NCBI RefSeq assembly: GCF_006345805.1
Contig: NC_043003.1
Span: forward strand, 45,942,001-46,006,000
Length of the DNA stretch: 64,000 nt
Origin: Octopus sinensis
Taxonomy: Eukaryota
Reading direction: 5' to 3'
How positions within the stretch are numbered: the stretch's first letter is position 1; the number at the start of each line of letters is the position of its first letter. Made by a program: the position numbers and the translations under genes. The notes below the pieces were generated by a model. That model ran no database searches and was not told the DNA's origin. It saw only the letters and a program-made list of their open reading frames with translations. Positions 39,942-54,176 of the stretch are shown here, piece by piece.

Positions 39942-40719
39942 CACCCTTTATCACTGTGCATGTGTATGTATGTATGAATGTATGGATGGATGGATGGATG
40001 GATGGATGGATGGATGGATAGACGTAGAGATGGATGGATAGATGGACGTAGAGATGGATGGATAGATGGATTGATGCACCTATATCTCTCTAACATTCTA
40101 ATTTGTTCTCTACACATTTTCCTCCTATGCACACACGCCGCACTGTGTGTGTGTGCGCAGACCTCATCCTTCAAGTCACGGAATTTCTTAAAGGTTTAAT
40201 AGGCTAAGGGAGAATACCACGAAGTCCAATTATTTAGTTACCTCCCTTGAAAAATCAACACTATTTATATATATATTTTCGTCCTATTACATGGAATAAG
40301 TATTTGATACGTGTAACTGTTTAAAGATTAGAACCCGAATTTCGATCAAGATTTCGTTATACTTTATCAAAAGTATATCGGAGAGTAGATATGAAGCTTG
40401 TAGCTGAGATAAGAAATATATTGTCGCTGGATTGTAGTGAATATGGTGTAGATGGCCAGATAGTGATGGTGGTGGTGGTGGTGGCGGGGTTCGTCGTCGT
40501 GGTCGTCGTGGTCATCGTCGTCGTCGTCGTCGTGGCCGTCGTTGTGGTGGCGATGTAAGTGTTGATGGTTAGCAGTTACTGTGGTGATGGCGATCGCATT
40601 TTAAGCAGAGATATTGAAGAGTGAGTGTTTGCTATGAATAGCTGCAAAACAACACGGTTATTAGCATCGCCAAATCACTAAAAACCAATAACATACAAAC
40701 AGCGCCAAGACTGATACCA

Positions 40720-40796
<77 letters not shown>

Positions 40797-40879
40797 CTAG
40801 ATGGATCGAAAGAATTGTAGAGATTAATAAATATTCTCGTATCTTCTATCTTCCGTCTCTCGCATTAACCAAATATGTA

Positions 40880-41007
<128 letters not shown>

Positions 41008-41037
41008 ATATATATACATACATACATATATACATAT

Positions 41038-41084
<47 letters not shown>

Positions 41085-41127
41085 CATACATATGTATATG
41101 TGTGTGTGTGTGTGCGTGTGTGTATGA

Positions 41128-41348
41128 TTATCCTCATTGTCATTTAAAGTCTGATTTCTATGCTGGCATGAGTTAGACGCTTCAACAGGAAATGGTGAGC
41201 CGGAGAGCTGCACCAGGTTCCAGTTTGATTGGCATGGTTTGTACGACTGATGCCCTTCCTGACGCCAATCACTAGAAGAGTGTAACGAATCTTTTTTATG
41301 TGCCATCGGCACGAGTGTCATTTACAAGACACTAGCAACGGCCACGAT
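41128..41348 (-). mobile_element. Third SINE-like family with (GAT)n tail
   Basis: Minus strand ttggcgtcaggaagggcatc…ccagcatagaaatcagactttaaatgacaatgagg; matching 3' end at 34937-35005. Confidence 0.55.
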
Positions 41349-41869
41349 TCATACATACTTGTTATATACACAGACACGTATATATATATACACAGGCATA
41401 CCTCACCCTACGTCGTTGATTGATTCCCATAGAGACACGACGTAGGTCGAAAAACCACTTAAGTCAAATTAACTTGTCACTAGGCTACACCGATAATAAC
41501 CATTCCCTGTTGTATACTTTATGAATGCATTTTCAATAAAACATGTTTAATAAAAAACAATTTTAAGCTTTCAAATATATATATATATATATGTATATAT
41601 ATTAATGCACTAAAACAAAAAATATAGTTTCTATATGATGTTTTTTATACACACGTCGCCTAAAAGGGAGCCTGATTCATTTTTCTTTTACAAAATTTTA
41701 TCGCTAACATAACATCCGCTAAAAACAATACCATAGTAGTGGTTCATACGTCTGAAAGGTTCTAAACAGTTACAGCCAGGTTGGTGTATTAATAATCATT
41801 TACCTATACCTCATATAAAATCACAAACCTAGTCAGGTGAAATTTATAATTACCTTCTACCCATACCAT

Positions 41870-43203
41870 TGTGCAACCACCAGCAAAAAGAAGAAAATTG
41901 AAAGTTATATCAGTAGCCAAGAGTTCAAACATTTGTGCTGGTGCTAGAACATTCGACGTTATCGAGAAGATGGTACTAGAGTGGAGAAAGAATGAGGAAA
42001 CATTGAGACAAATGATCACACAAAAATGTACAATGAGAAGAGGAAGCACTCGTTGGCCGAAGTTGGGAAAAAATGTAGCAGAATGGGTACTCCAGCAGAC
42101 ACAAGATGGCTACCTTGTAACACGAAATAGAATAAAATTTTAGCCCTAAAATGGGCTAAATCGTATAAAGAAGAAACGTAAGATTTTAAAGCAACATTAG
42201 GCTGGTGCAATTGTTTTAGGAACAGAAAAAATCTGGTAATAAGAGAAAAAAAACAAAAATCGCCCCCCAAACACCCGAGAGATCTGGATCACAAAGTAAC
42301 CAGCATTCCATCATGGAGCTGAGAAAAAGTCGTCAGTTTCCATTGTTTCATATTGGAAATATGGATGGAACTTCATTAAACTTTGACATGCTGGGTAACA
42401 AAATGATAGATTTGAAAGGAGTAAAAACAGTTTACGGTAAAAGTACAGGATATGAGAAAACGAGGTTTATGGTGGTATTATCCTGCGTAGCTGACCGTAC
42501 AAAATGAAAACCCATGGTTTTTTTTAAAACGTAAAGTAAAGTCCAAAATAGATTTTTGCTCTTGGTATTTTTGATCATTTTCACGAGGAAAGGTGGATGG
42601 ACGAGAGTGGTGTGAAATTACGGATTGATAATATTTGGAACAGGCGGCCAAGTGGTATACGAAACAAACGCAGTGTATTGGTTTGGGATATGTTTCGTAG
42701 CCCCGTAGCGGCAAATACTAAAACCCAGTTATCCAAAACCAATGCTGATGTTGCTATTATTCCTGATGGTTTTACTTCTATACTGCAGTCACTTGATGTC
42801 AGTTTAAACAAACCATTTAAAGATAATGTGAGAGAGCAATGGAATGACTAGATGATGAATGGAGAAAAATCTTTTACAAATGGTGGAGCTATCCGTGCTG
42901 CTTCAGTTGATGTTGTCTGTGATTTTGTTATAAAGGTGTAGGATAAAGTAGAAAATGTGGTAAAATCATTTTAAAAATGCGGTATCTCTAATGCAATGGA
43001 TGGTAGTACCGAAGAAGATATTCTCTACAATAGGCGTAGGAATGGCTGTGTGGTAAGTAGCTTGCTTACCAACCACATGGTTCCGGGTTCAGTCCCACTG
43101 CATGGCACCTTGGGCAAGTGTCTTCTACTATAGCCTCGGGCCGACCAAAGCCTTGTGAGTTGATTTGGTAGACGGAAACCGAAAGAAGCCTGTCGTATAT
43201 GTG

Positions 43204-43239
<36 letters not shown>

Positions 43240-43585
43240 CGTTTGTGTGTCTGTGTTTGTCCCACCAACATCGCTTGACGACCGATGCTGGTGTTTACGT
43301 CCCCGTAACTTAACAGTTCGGCAAATAGAGACCGATAGAATAAGTACTAGGCTTACAAAGAATAGGTCCGGGGGGCGATTTGCTCGACTAAAGGCGGTGC
43401 TCCAGCATGGCCACAGTCAAATGATTGAAACAAGTAAAAGAATAAAAGAGTAAATAGCGACGGCCAAGTCGAAATCGATTCACCAGAACCAGCCTGGAAT
43501 CCTTACGATGATGGCATATGTGATGAATCTTGTAATATGTATGAGAAACTTTTAAAAACAGATAATGATGATTGTGAGGAATAAA
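41870..43585 (+). pseudogene. pogo/Tigger-family (POGK-like) transposase, decayed, interrupted by a SINE
   Basis: KLKVISVAK…WRK (Brinker-type HTH); WPKL…VAEWV…FKATLGW (CENP-B HTH); IGNMDGT, GYEKTRFMVVL, LVWDMFRS, IPDGFTSILQSLDVSLNKPFK (DDE); acidic tail after the SINE. Confidence 0.88.
43033..43452 (+). mobile_element. SINE family B, full length, inserted in pogo transposase
   Basis: Full consensus; short aatag repeat at both junctions. Confidence 0.92.
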
Positions 43586-44159
43586 TACATGTGGCAGGTT
43601 TGATACTTTATTAATATTATTTATCTTGGTTGGAAATTAAAAAAAATTTAAAGTCTTATGTTTTGATTGCAGCTACTGTAAAATAATTTTATTAAAAATA
43701 AGAGTTGTGTGTAATCCAAACTGTGTTATTTACCACGAAATGATAATAGATATTTTATTAAAAATATAAATATCTTATACTAAATGTTATTATTATAGTT
43801 ATACATCACCATTAAAATTTTTGAAAAGTTAGCGAAAGATAAAGGTTACTGTGAGCGCAACGATAACTCGATGTTTTCAGTTTCTCTGCCGAGCTGGCAT
43901 AGATAAAAGTTGATTTCAATAATATAGAATTATCTCTCAAATAGGCTATTTATTATGAAGATATGTCGATAATATATAAAGTAAAAATATTTTATTACCT
44001 ATGTTATAATTTTTTTCTTATTTTGTTAATCTGTTCACGTATGTCTGTGGTTATCGCAGAGCGGTCTTGGTTTGCTTATTTATAAAATCACTTAAAATTC
44101 AAGGTTTGATATTTAGAATGGTGGTATAAGACAACCCCAAATTTTTAGGATAAATTAAA

Positions 44160-44705
44160 TATCAGTTGCGTATTAGGGTCGATCTAATCGACAGGCCTCC
44201 TCCCCGAAAATTTCGGGCCTTGTGCCTAGAATAGAAAAGAATACGAAAGAATATACTAAAGGCGGCGAGCTGACAGAAACGTTAGCACACCGGGCGAAAT
44301 GCTTAGCGGTATTTGTCTGCCGTTACGTTCTGAGTTCAAATTCCGCCGAGGTCGACTTTGCCTTTCATCCTTTCGGGGTCGATAAATTAAGTACCAGTTA
44401 CGCACTGGGTTCGATGTAATCGACTTAATACCTTTGTCTGTCCTTATTTGTTCCCTCTATGTTTAGCACCTTGTGGGCAATAAAGAAATAAGAACCGTTA
44501 CCACGCCGGGTGAAATGCTTAGCAGTATTTCGTCTGTTGCTGCGTTCTCAGTTCAAATTCCACCGAGGTCAAGTTTGTCTTTCATCCTTTCGGGGTCGAT
44601 GAAATAAGTACCAGTTACACACTGGCGTCGATATAATCAACTGGCCCTCTTCCCCCACAAAAAATTTCAAGGATTTGTGCTTGGAGTAGAAATAATATTA
44701 AAGAA
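44160..44705 (+). mobile_element. SINE family A: 3' fragment plus dimer (head at 44261)
   Basis: ggcggcgagctgacagaaacgttagc…gagttcaaattcc; first unit has alternative tail, second has standard tail. Confidence 0.9.
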
Positions 44706-45481
44706 TACACGTTGGGTGACGTAAATCCTTCTTTCCCAAGAAAAGTCTGGATTATAACTGTTTGTCATTTATTTTCCAGTAATCTCAGTTATTGGACTGC
44801 GGTCATGCCGAGGCAGCCACTCTAAAAGATTTTGCCGAGCAGATCGATCCTAGTACTTCTATTAGTTTCTTTTAACGAAACACTCAAGTACAGGCACATA
44901 TACAAACCAACACCTATTGTCAAAAATGCACACATACATATACGTGTGTATGTGTGTGTGTATGTGTGTGTGCGTGTGTATGTGTGTGTGTGTGTGTATG
45001 TGTGTGTGTGCGCGCGCGCGCGCGCGTGTGTGTGTGTGTTTGTGTGTGTGTGTATGAATATGCTTTATTAATAATCAGTAGAATTGGTAACTCAAAGTAA
45101 CACAAAGGCTAAGAGTTTCGTTCGTTAGCAATTCTGAAAGCACAAATCTGTTGAGCCTGGTGTCACTGTATCTCCTGCTGATTATTCCTTAAAAAATTAA
45201 TATATATGAATCAACTAGATTATATTCTTCTGCTATTTCATTTCTAACGTTCATTGTAAATTTCGTTTATATTTTCTTTACTGAAAAGTACATTGTCATA
45301 TATAATTAATTAATTAAATTAATTTAATCTAATTCAGTTCAATCATAAATTTGCATTATTTTTATATCTCTGTACGAAACGATCGTCTGCATGAATTAAA
45401 ATTCCTTATATATTTTAACTACTTGTCTTCTCCATTTTTAACTAACTTGATGAGTTGGTGAGGGGAGGGAAAGAAAGGTGG

Positions 45482-45514
45482 TTTTACGTTTCGAGCAAAG
45501 CTCTTCTTCAGAAA
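45482..45514 (-). ncRNA. Minimal hammerhead (family 3)
   Basis: Minus strand UUU-CUGAAGA-A-GAGC-UUU-GCUC-GAAA-CGU-A|AAA; flank homologous to 56200-56320. Confidence 0.75.
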
Positions 45515-45654
45515 GAGGAGACAGAAGAAAGTCCAAAAGGAAAGGAAGGCGGAGGGAAAAAATATTGCCAACGATTCATATGTGGTTACACTTTGAAATG
45601 ACCGAAAGGAAACGGTTGAAGAAAAACCTCTTTCTAAGAGAGATGAATGTAAGA

Positions 45655-46830
45655 GGAGGTATGTGTATGTGAGGGAATGTGTGTGTGCGCACTAATCTGT
45701 GTGTGCGTGTGTGTGTAATAACATGTATGTGTGAATGTGTGTGTGCTGTGTGTGTGTGTTTGGTGTTTGTGTGGTGTGAGTGAACTTTGTGTCTTAATGT
45801 TGTTGGAAGAATTCAGAAGTATGGTAACAGCAATGGTGGTCTTTTGTGTAGTTGTGTAGGAATGGTCAGTAGAGAGGTGTTTCACTGGCAGTTTGAAGAG
45901 TGTGTACGCATGTGTATATGCGTGTATGTATATGGTGTGTGTGTTTTGTGTTTAGTGTGTGAATGCGACTGTGTGTGTGCGTGTGTGTATGTGTATGTGC
46001 ATATGTGTATGTGGAGGGCTGTGTGTGTGTGGAGTTATATGTACGTTCCTGTGTGTATGTGTGTGCGTACATGTGCATGTGTCTATATGTATGTGCGTCT
46101 CTGTATGCTCATGTATGTGCAATTGTGTGCATTTATGTGTTCGTGTGTATATGTGTGTATACGTGGGGTTGTGTGTGTAGTGCGTGTGTGCGTGTGTATA
46201 TGTGTGCATGTGTGTACGTCGGGTTGTGTGTGGCGTGTGTGTATATGTGTGTGCGTGTGTGTCTGTGTGTGCGTGCGTAAATGTGTGTGCGCATGTTTGT
46301 GCGTATATATGTATGCGTGTGTATATGTGTGTATGTGGGGTTGTGTGTGGAGATATATATGCGTTCTTGTGCGTATATGCGCATGTGTGCGTGTGTGTGT
46401 ATGTGCGTGTAGTTGTGTGTACGTGTGTGCGTGTATATATGCGCGTTTGTGTGTATGTAGATGTGTGTATGTGTGTGCGTTGGGTTGCACTTGTAATGTA
46501 TGTGCGCATACCTGTGCGCGTGCGTGTGTGTACGTGTGTGTGTATGTGCGCATACCTGTGCGCGTGCGTGTGTGTACGTGTGTGTGTATGTGCGCATGTA
46601 TGGGTGTGTTGTGTTTGTGCGTGTGTGTGGTTTGTGTGGGAGGTGTGAGGTATATCTGCATTCATGTGTGAGCACGCGCCTGTGTGTGCGTTCGTGTGTA
46701 TGCGTGTATGTATGCATGTGTATGTGTGTGTATGAGTGTATGTGAGTATGTGAGGTGTGGTTGTGTATGTAGAGGTATATGTTCAGTCCTGTTTTCGTGC
46801 GTGTGTGCGCTTGAATGCGCGTGTGTGCGT
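45655..46830. repeat. Degenerate (TG)n-derived low-complexity tract
   Basis: Direct inspection. Confidence 0.9.
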
Positions 46831-47461
46831 GCTGGATTTCAATTCACTTTCAGCCTACCAAATATAATCACGTTGTTATATCAGCCCTAAATGCCACGTA
46901 GTGGGCCTGAACCTTAAACTATGTGATTGAGAAACAAACAAACTTCTTACCACACAGCCATGCCTATCATTTGGGAATTTCGATCATCGTATTTCTAGTT
47001 GTCCCAGAATCGGACAACAACAACTACAGCCTCGCACCACTCTTCCGGCAAAATTACCCCACATCTCCCCGCTCCCTTTTCTGTCTTCCAATACTTCACC
47101 ACCCCTTCCTTTTTCACCTTGGAGCATTAGCATCTCTCATTCTTTCCCTTTTGCTCCCTCTCTACTATTTCTGTTGCACGTCTCAGTTCACTTCATCTAC
47201 ACACACCATACCCATACACCTCGCTTTAATGTCACTCAGACTTAACGTTCGTTCTATCTCACCTTCCTTTAATCCACAACCCCGTACATTTTCTCTATCA
47301 GCCACTAACTACCACAGGAGTGGATGTGAGGTAAGTAGCTTGCTTATTAACCACATGGTTTCGTGTTCAGTCCCACTGCGTGGTACCTTTGGCAAGTGTC
47401 TTCTACAATAGCCTCGGGCCGACCTTATCCTTGTGAATTTAGTAGATAGAAACTGAAAGAA

Positions 47462-47500
<39 letters not shown>

Positions 47501-47706
47501 AGAAAAGAGTGAAAAAACTACAGAAGGTTTGTTTTATAAGGTTAAAGAATATATTTAAGTCGTTATGATAGAAGAATGTTATAAAATTTTTCATATAGTA
47601 ACATAGTTTTTGAAGTAATAACCGGTTTCGTGTTAACTTTTCAAATTTCTCAAATGTCTTTACCTACATCGTGTTATGCCTTCGTTATGCAGTGCATATA
47701 TATATA

Positions 47707-48191
47707 CAGTAAAATTTAATCGCCAACATAATATGGCTGTCCTGTAAAGGACGTTGTTACTGTTTATTAACTACAAGAAACATCGTTCTAGCTGGCTTTA
47801 CAACACATTATCTGTGTCCTTATGTTTTCGAACTGGGAATTCAGCGTCCCCCGCCCCAACACAAAACAAAATCAATGGACTAGTTTCAGGGTTATTGCCC
47901 TTCATCAATACAGAGTAGTTGCATGGATAGTTGACTATATGTTCGAACCGTGAATTCACCAACGCCACTTAGCCAAGCAGCTACTCTGTGTTGATGAAGA
48001 GTTGTAACCCCGAAAGTAGTGCACAGATTTGTTTTGTGCTGGGGCTGGGATGCTGAATTCCTTGTTCGAAAATATAAAGTCACAGACAATGTGTCGTATA
48101 GCCAGCCGGAAACGATGTTTCTTGAGGCTAATAAACTGTAACAACGTCCCTTACAGGACAGCCGTATTATTTTGGCACTTAAATTTTACTT
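47707..48191. mobile_element. MITE with ~190-bp imperfect terminal inverted repeats, TA-flanked
   Basis: cagtaaaatttaa…ggctgtcctgtaaaggacgttgttac… versus …gtaacaacgtcccttacaggacagcc…ttaaattttact. Confidence 0.85.
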
Positions 48192-48246
48192 TATCTAGAA
48201 ATAATTCTATTGCCACACACACACACACACCACACACACACACACA

Positions 48247-48299
<53 letters not shown>

Positions 48300-48312
48300 A
48301 CACACACACACT

Positions 48313-48344
<32 letters not shown>

Positions 48345-48345
<1 letters not shown>

Positions 48346-48843
48346 TCTTTTATTCTTTTACTTATTTCAGTCATTTGACTGCAGCCATGCTGGAGCACCA
48401 CGTTTAGTCGAGCAAATCGAGCCGAGGACTTATTCTTTGTAAGCCTGGTACTTTTTCTATCGGTGGATTTGGTAGTCGGAAACTGAAATATATATATATA
48501 TGTACGCGTGTATATATTTATGTGTATGTGTTGTGTTTGTGTCTGTGTTTGTCCTCGGCCACCAATCGCTTGACATCGAACTTGGTGAAACTGGTAGAAG
48601 GAAACTGAAAGAAGCCCGTCGTATATATGTATGTGTATATGTTTGTGTGTCTGTGTATGTCCCCCCAACATCGCTTCACAACCGATTCTGGTGTGTTTTC
48701 GTCCCCGTAACTTAGCGGTTCGGTAAAATAGACCGATAGAATAAGTACTGCGCTTACAAAGAATAAGTCCTGGTGTCGATTTGCTCGACTAAAGGCGATG
48801 CACCAGCATGGCGGCAGTCAGATAACTGAAAAAAGTAAAAGAA
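48345..48843. mobile_element. Rearranged SINE family B: minus 3' end joined to plus copy with internal duplication
   Basis: 48345-48462 reverse of 48725-48843; ggtag…gaaactgaaa occurs twice. Confidence 0.75.
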
Positions 48844-49289
48844 TATCGTAGAACTATAACCAATTTATTGCAGATAAATGGTAATAAAATCTTAGATGGA
48901 CCCCCAACGGTCTTATGGACCCCGGGTGAGAACCACTGCCCTATAACTTTATAAAAGGAAAATCGTTATGCTAGAAGTAGTAGTCAAGCCATTCTCAGTT
49001 TTTGTCCCACCGCTATAAATAACACAAGGATGCCTTGGTTTATGCAATCATAAGCAAACTCCTAAAAAGTTTAGGTTGTCACGATTGGAATGTCTGATTA
49101 ACATAGGTCAACACAACAGCAACTGACCTAGGGTTAAACAACAGCAAGATTAGCAAAAGAAAGTCACAGTGGACAATGTAGTTCAGAGAGAAGACCACAG
49201 CTGGAAATCCTTTGATCATAGGTCTGCTCAATCAGGGCGGATCTGGGGTTAAATCCATCAAGAACGACGACAACAATGGCTTAATGTCA

Positions 49290-49837
49290 TCAATACACCA
49301 CACCCACCTATGACCCCTATACTACTACCGCGACCAGCACCATGACCACTACCACCACCACGACCACAACCACCATCACACCACCACTATTACCACTGCT
49401 ACCATCACCATCACCATCAGCACCCAGTAAACCGTATCATGAAGAGCATCACTACCAACGCATCACTGACATCAATCCAGCACTACAATACAACTACCAG
49501 GCCCTACCACCACCTCCACCACCACCACTAAACCCTCACAACTCCACTCCGATACCATCACCACACAACTACCATCACCACCACCACCACCACAACGAAC
49601 ACCAACACAGCCACGCTACATCACATCCAGACCACGAGGCAGTCATCATAACCACCTCTCACAACGTTACCTCGTCACTGCTACCACCGCCACTACTACT
49701 GCCACTAACACGTACACCCCACCAAGTACACCCCAAGTACATTACAACATCGACCACCATAACCACAATCACCACCACCACTACTATCACTACTACTACT
49801 ATTGCTGCTGCTACTACTACTACTACTACTGCTGCTT

Positions 49838-49877
<40 letters not shown>

Positions 49878-51310
49878 AACCACACCTATCCACCACCAGC
49901 ATCACCATCACCACCACCATTACTACTGCTACAATGCCGCATCACTAACACACCTATCACAATCCATGACCGCAGACACCACGCCACCACTAATGGACCA
50001 CCGCCTCCGCTGCCAGTAATAATGCACCACAATAACGACCATACCACTACTACTATTACCCAAACACCACCACCACCACCACAATGACCACACCATTACA
50101 ACTATATCTTAAGCACTGAGAGCTCAACGGCTCAACTACCTCACCGCAACCACGATCCAAATAACACCACAATAACTGCACCACCACTTCTACTGCAATC
50201 CAAACACCACCATCGAAATGATCAAATGACTACTCTAACCCTAACTCCGACACCACAGCCAAACCACCTCTGCTACTATTAACGAAATACTATGAAAACA
50301 ACTACCATATCTCTAATACCGTTACTTAAGCATCATCACCACCACATCATCGCACAACAAATACTATTACCAAGACATCACTATTGTACCTACCACACGT
50401 CTACTACATCCACCACATTACTAGTAACGTGACCAATGCATTATCACCACAAATACCTCACCACCGCCACTGCATCACATCACTATGAGCCCTATACTAC
50501 GACTACCACCACCATCACTAATAGTTTACCGCAACAACGCTACAGTAACCACCACGCCACTACAAAAGCCACTACACCTCGGCTATCATTGCCAAGACGT
50601 TATAACCACTAGGAGCACGTCATTACTATCATTAACTGAATAGGCATCAACGCCACCACATCATCATATTACGACCTAATCACGCCGTAGCTACAATTGT
50701 CTAGTTATCGACAGCAGCTCAACAACCTTCTAATACCACTGCAACCATTACCAATACTGTCATTATTACTACCACTACAGGTCAATAATACTATGTACAA
50801 CTACCGCCACCACCACCAAAACTCCACCATCAGAATGACCATATGACCACTGTAACCCTAGTCCCGACAACATAAGACCATATGACCACTCTAAAACCCC
50901 GACACAATAAACAGTACACAGCTATTACCATTATCTGACCAGGCATCAATGCCACCACATCATCATACTACTACCCTATCAGATCACTGCTACAATTGAC
51001 TAGTTGTTAACAGCAGCACAACAACCTTATGATACCACTACAACCATTACCAATACTAGCGTTATTGCCACCACGACACTTCGTTAACAATATTAGCCAT
51101 GTACAACCACCGCTACCGCTACCGCCACCACCGTGAATACAGTTAAAACACACCACTCTACCATTACCAAAACAATACCACTAACCACTAATGTCATTAA
51201 TAAAATATCATTACAAGCACTTTATCACCACTGCCATTATTATTACTACACCAACGACGCATCAACACCGCAGCCGCCGCCGCCACAATCACCACCATCA
51301 CCACCAACGC
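49290..51310. repeat. (CAC/CTA/CAT)n low-complexity region
   Basis: Direct inspection; includes a ~180-bp diverged duplication (50641, 50941). Confidence 0.85.
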
Positions 51311-51809
51311 TGTCCTGCTCATTTCAGCAGCTACCTCGTACACACACGCACTGATGAGTCACTCCAATGCCAAGAAGTGTTACAACAGTTACAGAGGTGT
51401 TAATTCCGACTGATAGATTGTTTGTATCGATTTTTCGTGCTCTCTTGCTGCACCAGCGCCGCTTATGGTGGAAAAACGCATTACCGCTATTCCTCATTAA
51501 CGGCTGTAATCAACGCCACCACTTCAAAACAACTTTATTACACATCATCTGTGCTGTCATTTATCATCATCGTTATCATTACGTTTACTATTCCTAAATG
51601 TATCTACACGTGCCTACATTCTCACATACACATACACAGGCGCACGCTTATGCGTGTGAGTGTGTATGTGTGTGCGTGCATTTGTGTGTAATATAATTTT
51701 ATGTTATATATGTCTTTAAACATACATTCATATATACTTGCTGGATACGTGAAAAATTCACGGAAAGCATTAAAAAATGTAAGCATCTGTAAACTGTAGT
51801 GGTACCATG

Positions 51810-51985
51810 AGAAATGTTTGTATATTATGAGCGTTTCTTTTTACGTTCTGTGTTCAAATTCTGCCGAGGTCGACTTTGCCTTTCGTCCTTTCGGGGTCGA
51901 TAAATTAACTATCAGTTGGGTACTGGGGACGATCTAAAAATTGGCTCCATTCCCACAAAAAATACAGGCATAGGAAAGTAATTTT
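51810..51985 (+). mobile_element. SINE family A, degenerate
   Basis: gttcaaattctgccgaggtcgactttgcctttcgtcctttcggggtcgataaatt. Confidence 0.8.
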
Positions 51986-51999
51986 GACAGTTATCACCC

Positions 52000-53140
52000 A
52001 CCCCGCCCTTTCTCCGCTCCTCGGTACTTTTTAGGAAGTCTCTACGCCCCTCCTCGAACTTTTCCAGGAAGTCTTTCCTGCCCGTCCTCCACCTCGGAAC
52101 TTTCAAGGAAGTCCCTATCCAACTCACAGGATTTTCCCGGAAGTCCTTCCTCCCCTCCATCCCTTCCTTCTCTTCATCCACCTCCTCAGAACTTTCCAGG
52201 AAGTCACCCTGTTGGGAACGTTCCAGGAAGTCCCCCTCCTCGGAACTTTCCATGGAGTCCTTCCTCCCTTTCCTCCGAACTTTCGAGGAAGTTCCTACCC
52301 CATCCTCAGACTTTTCCAGTAAGTCCTTCCTCCCCTTCCTCGGAACTTTCCAGGAAGTCCCTCTTCCTTGGAACTTTCCAGGAAATCCCTACTCCTTCCA
52401 TGAAGAATTCCTTCCGCTCCACTTCCTCGGAACTTTCCAGGAAGTTCTTCCTCCCATTCCTCGAGACGTTCCAGGAAAACCTGCCCCTCCTCAGAACAGG
52501 AATTATCTCTGACCCCCCCTTCCGAGTAAGGACTTTCGGAGTAAGGACTTTCCGAGTAAGTACCAGAGAGTTCTTCCTCTCCCTACCCCTTACTCGAACT
52601 CTCCCAGAAAGTCCCCCTCCTCCCCTTCTTCTACAACACTCCTTGGAACTTTCCAGGAAGTCTCCCTCCACTCCTTCCTTCTCTTCATCCACCATCTTTG
52701 GAGCTTTCCAAGAAGTCTTTACTTCCTCAGACTTTTCTTGAAGTCATTCATCCTCCCCTTCTTCGGAACTTTCCAGGAAGTTCTTCCTCCCCTTCCTCAG
52801 GACTTTCCAGTACAGGAAGGCCTCCAGGAACAGGAAGGCATTCATCCCCTCCTACCCTTTCTCATCTTCATGCCCCTTCTCGAAACTTTCCCAAAGTCCC
52901 CTTCCCGCAACGATCCAGGAAGCGCCCTTCATTGGAACTTTCCAGGAAGTCCTCCTCCCTTTCATCGGAGCTTCCCAGGAAATCCGTACCACTCCTCGGT
53001 CTTTTGAAGGAAATCCTTCCTCCCCTCCTCACCTTCCTTGGGACTCTCCAGGAAATCCTGCCTCCTCCCCTTTCTGGGAACGTTCCAGGAGATACTTACT
53101 CCCTCTAGAACTTTCCTTTCCATCCTCCCTTTCCTCGAAA
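52000..53140. repeat. Irregular minisatellite built on GGAACTTTCCAGGAAGT
   Basis: Roughly 25 degenerate copies by eye, separated by C/T-rich spacers; 15-bp repeat x3 at 52520-52560. Confidence 0.9.
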
Positions 53141-53423
53141 CAGATGCGTATATATGTAACCGAAAAATCCCTCTTTATTATATTTCCTACATATATGAAA
53201 TTTGAAATTTCGATTACTATTATGATAATTTCATTAACTTGCCACTGACCCAAGAAACTTTGAATGTTAAATTGAAAGCTCTGTTAGCTGAGCTATTTCA
53301 GTTCACTCTGAAAAGCATTAATACTTCAATTGTTTGTAGTCAGGCATTAACACTTTACCATAATTAAAATAAACTTATTTTGCTAAAATATATCAAACGA
53401 AATACGTTATATATCAAAAGGTA

Positions 53424-53578
53424 CCGAATTTATTCGAAAATAAAACGCACCCGTAATTTATAGTCAACTCTTGATAAAAGATTTTAGATTTATCCCGTGT
53501 ATAATTTGCATCCCACTTTTTAATTTTCTGTTAAAAACAGATATAAAACAACTACAGCTTATATACGAGCAAATACAG
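53424..53578. mobile_element. pogo/Tc2-type MITE
   Basis: TA|ccgaatttattcgaaaataa … ttatatacgagcaaatacag|TA. Confidence 0.6.
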
Positions 53579-53958
53579 TAACTCTATATTTAAGACCTTT
53601 TTGTTTTTGTACAATTTCACGCCTTTTTGCACGTTTTAGTTTTGTCTAAAATTTAAATATTTACATAAATAGACATATTGCAGATATGGAAAACATATTT
53701 TCTAACATGAAAGACTTTTATCTTCTGACGCGTGAGAGTTTGGCTGAGAGTTACCCAACAAATCAGTTGTCAAACATTCTCCTGAAAATAGAAGCTTCAG
53801 ACTGTCACATACTCCGTAAATGAAGGTCACATTGAAGAACGTAGTTATTGCTATGCAAATGGCGAGTTTGTCACAACTGGGGCAACCTCGATCCGACTGA
53901 TCGTGTAATAATGAAAAGTGAAACTGACAGCCAGTATTTGCTGTGTCTATGTATCGAC

Positions 53959-54019
<61 letters not shown>

Positions 54020-54123
54020 GGAGTAACCACATAAATGTGAAACAAGGTGGAAAAAAAAGAGTACTCAAATACCAGTGGTAGAGTAATATGCTTTATTTAA
54101 AGCAGCAGTAAATTCAACAAAAT

Positions 54124-54161
54124 CTGTTACTCTGAGTTTCTCGTTGCCGTTCATCAGACAG
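54124..54161 (-). ncRNA. Type I hammerhead (family 2), minus arm
   Basis: Exact reverse complement of 54177-54214. Confidence 0.8.
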
Positions 54162-54176
54162 TTTTTCTAGCAAAAA

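Noticed and set aside
49342-50019. 225-aa Thr/His/Pro-rich mucin-like ORF
   Set aside because: Part of a 2-kb trinucleotide tract whose continuation has stops; no domain or splice support
51345-51400. CUGAUGAGUC motif
   Set aside because: No downstream GAAA or closing stems
52000-53140. CRISPR-like repeat-spacer look
   Set aside because: Eukaryotic context, degenerate repeats, low-complexity irregular spacers, no cas genes
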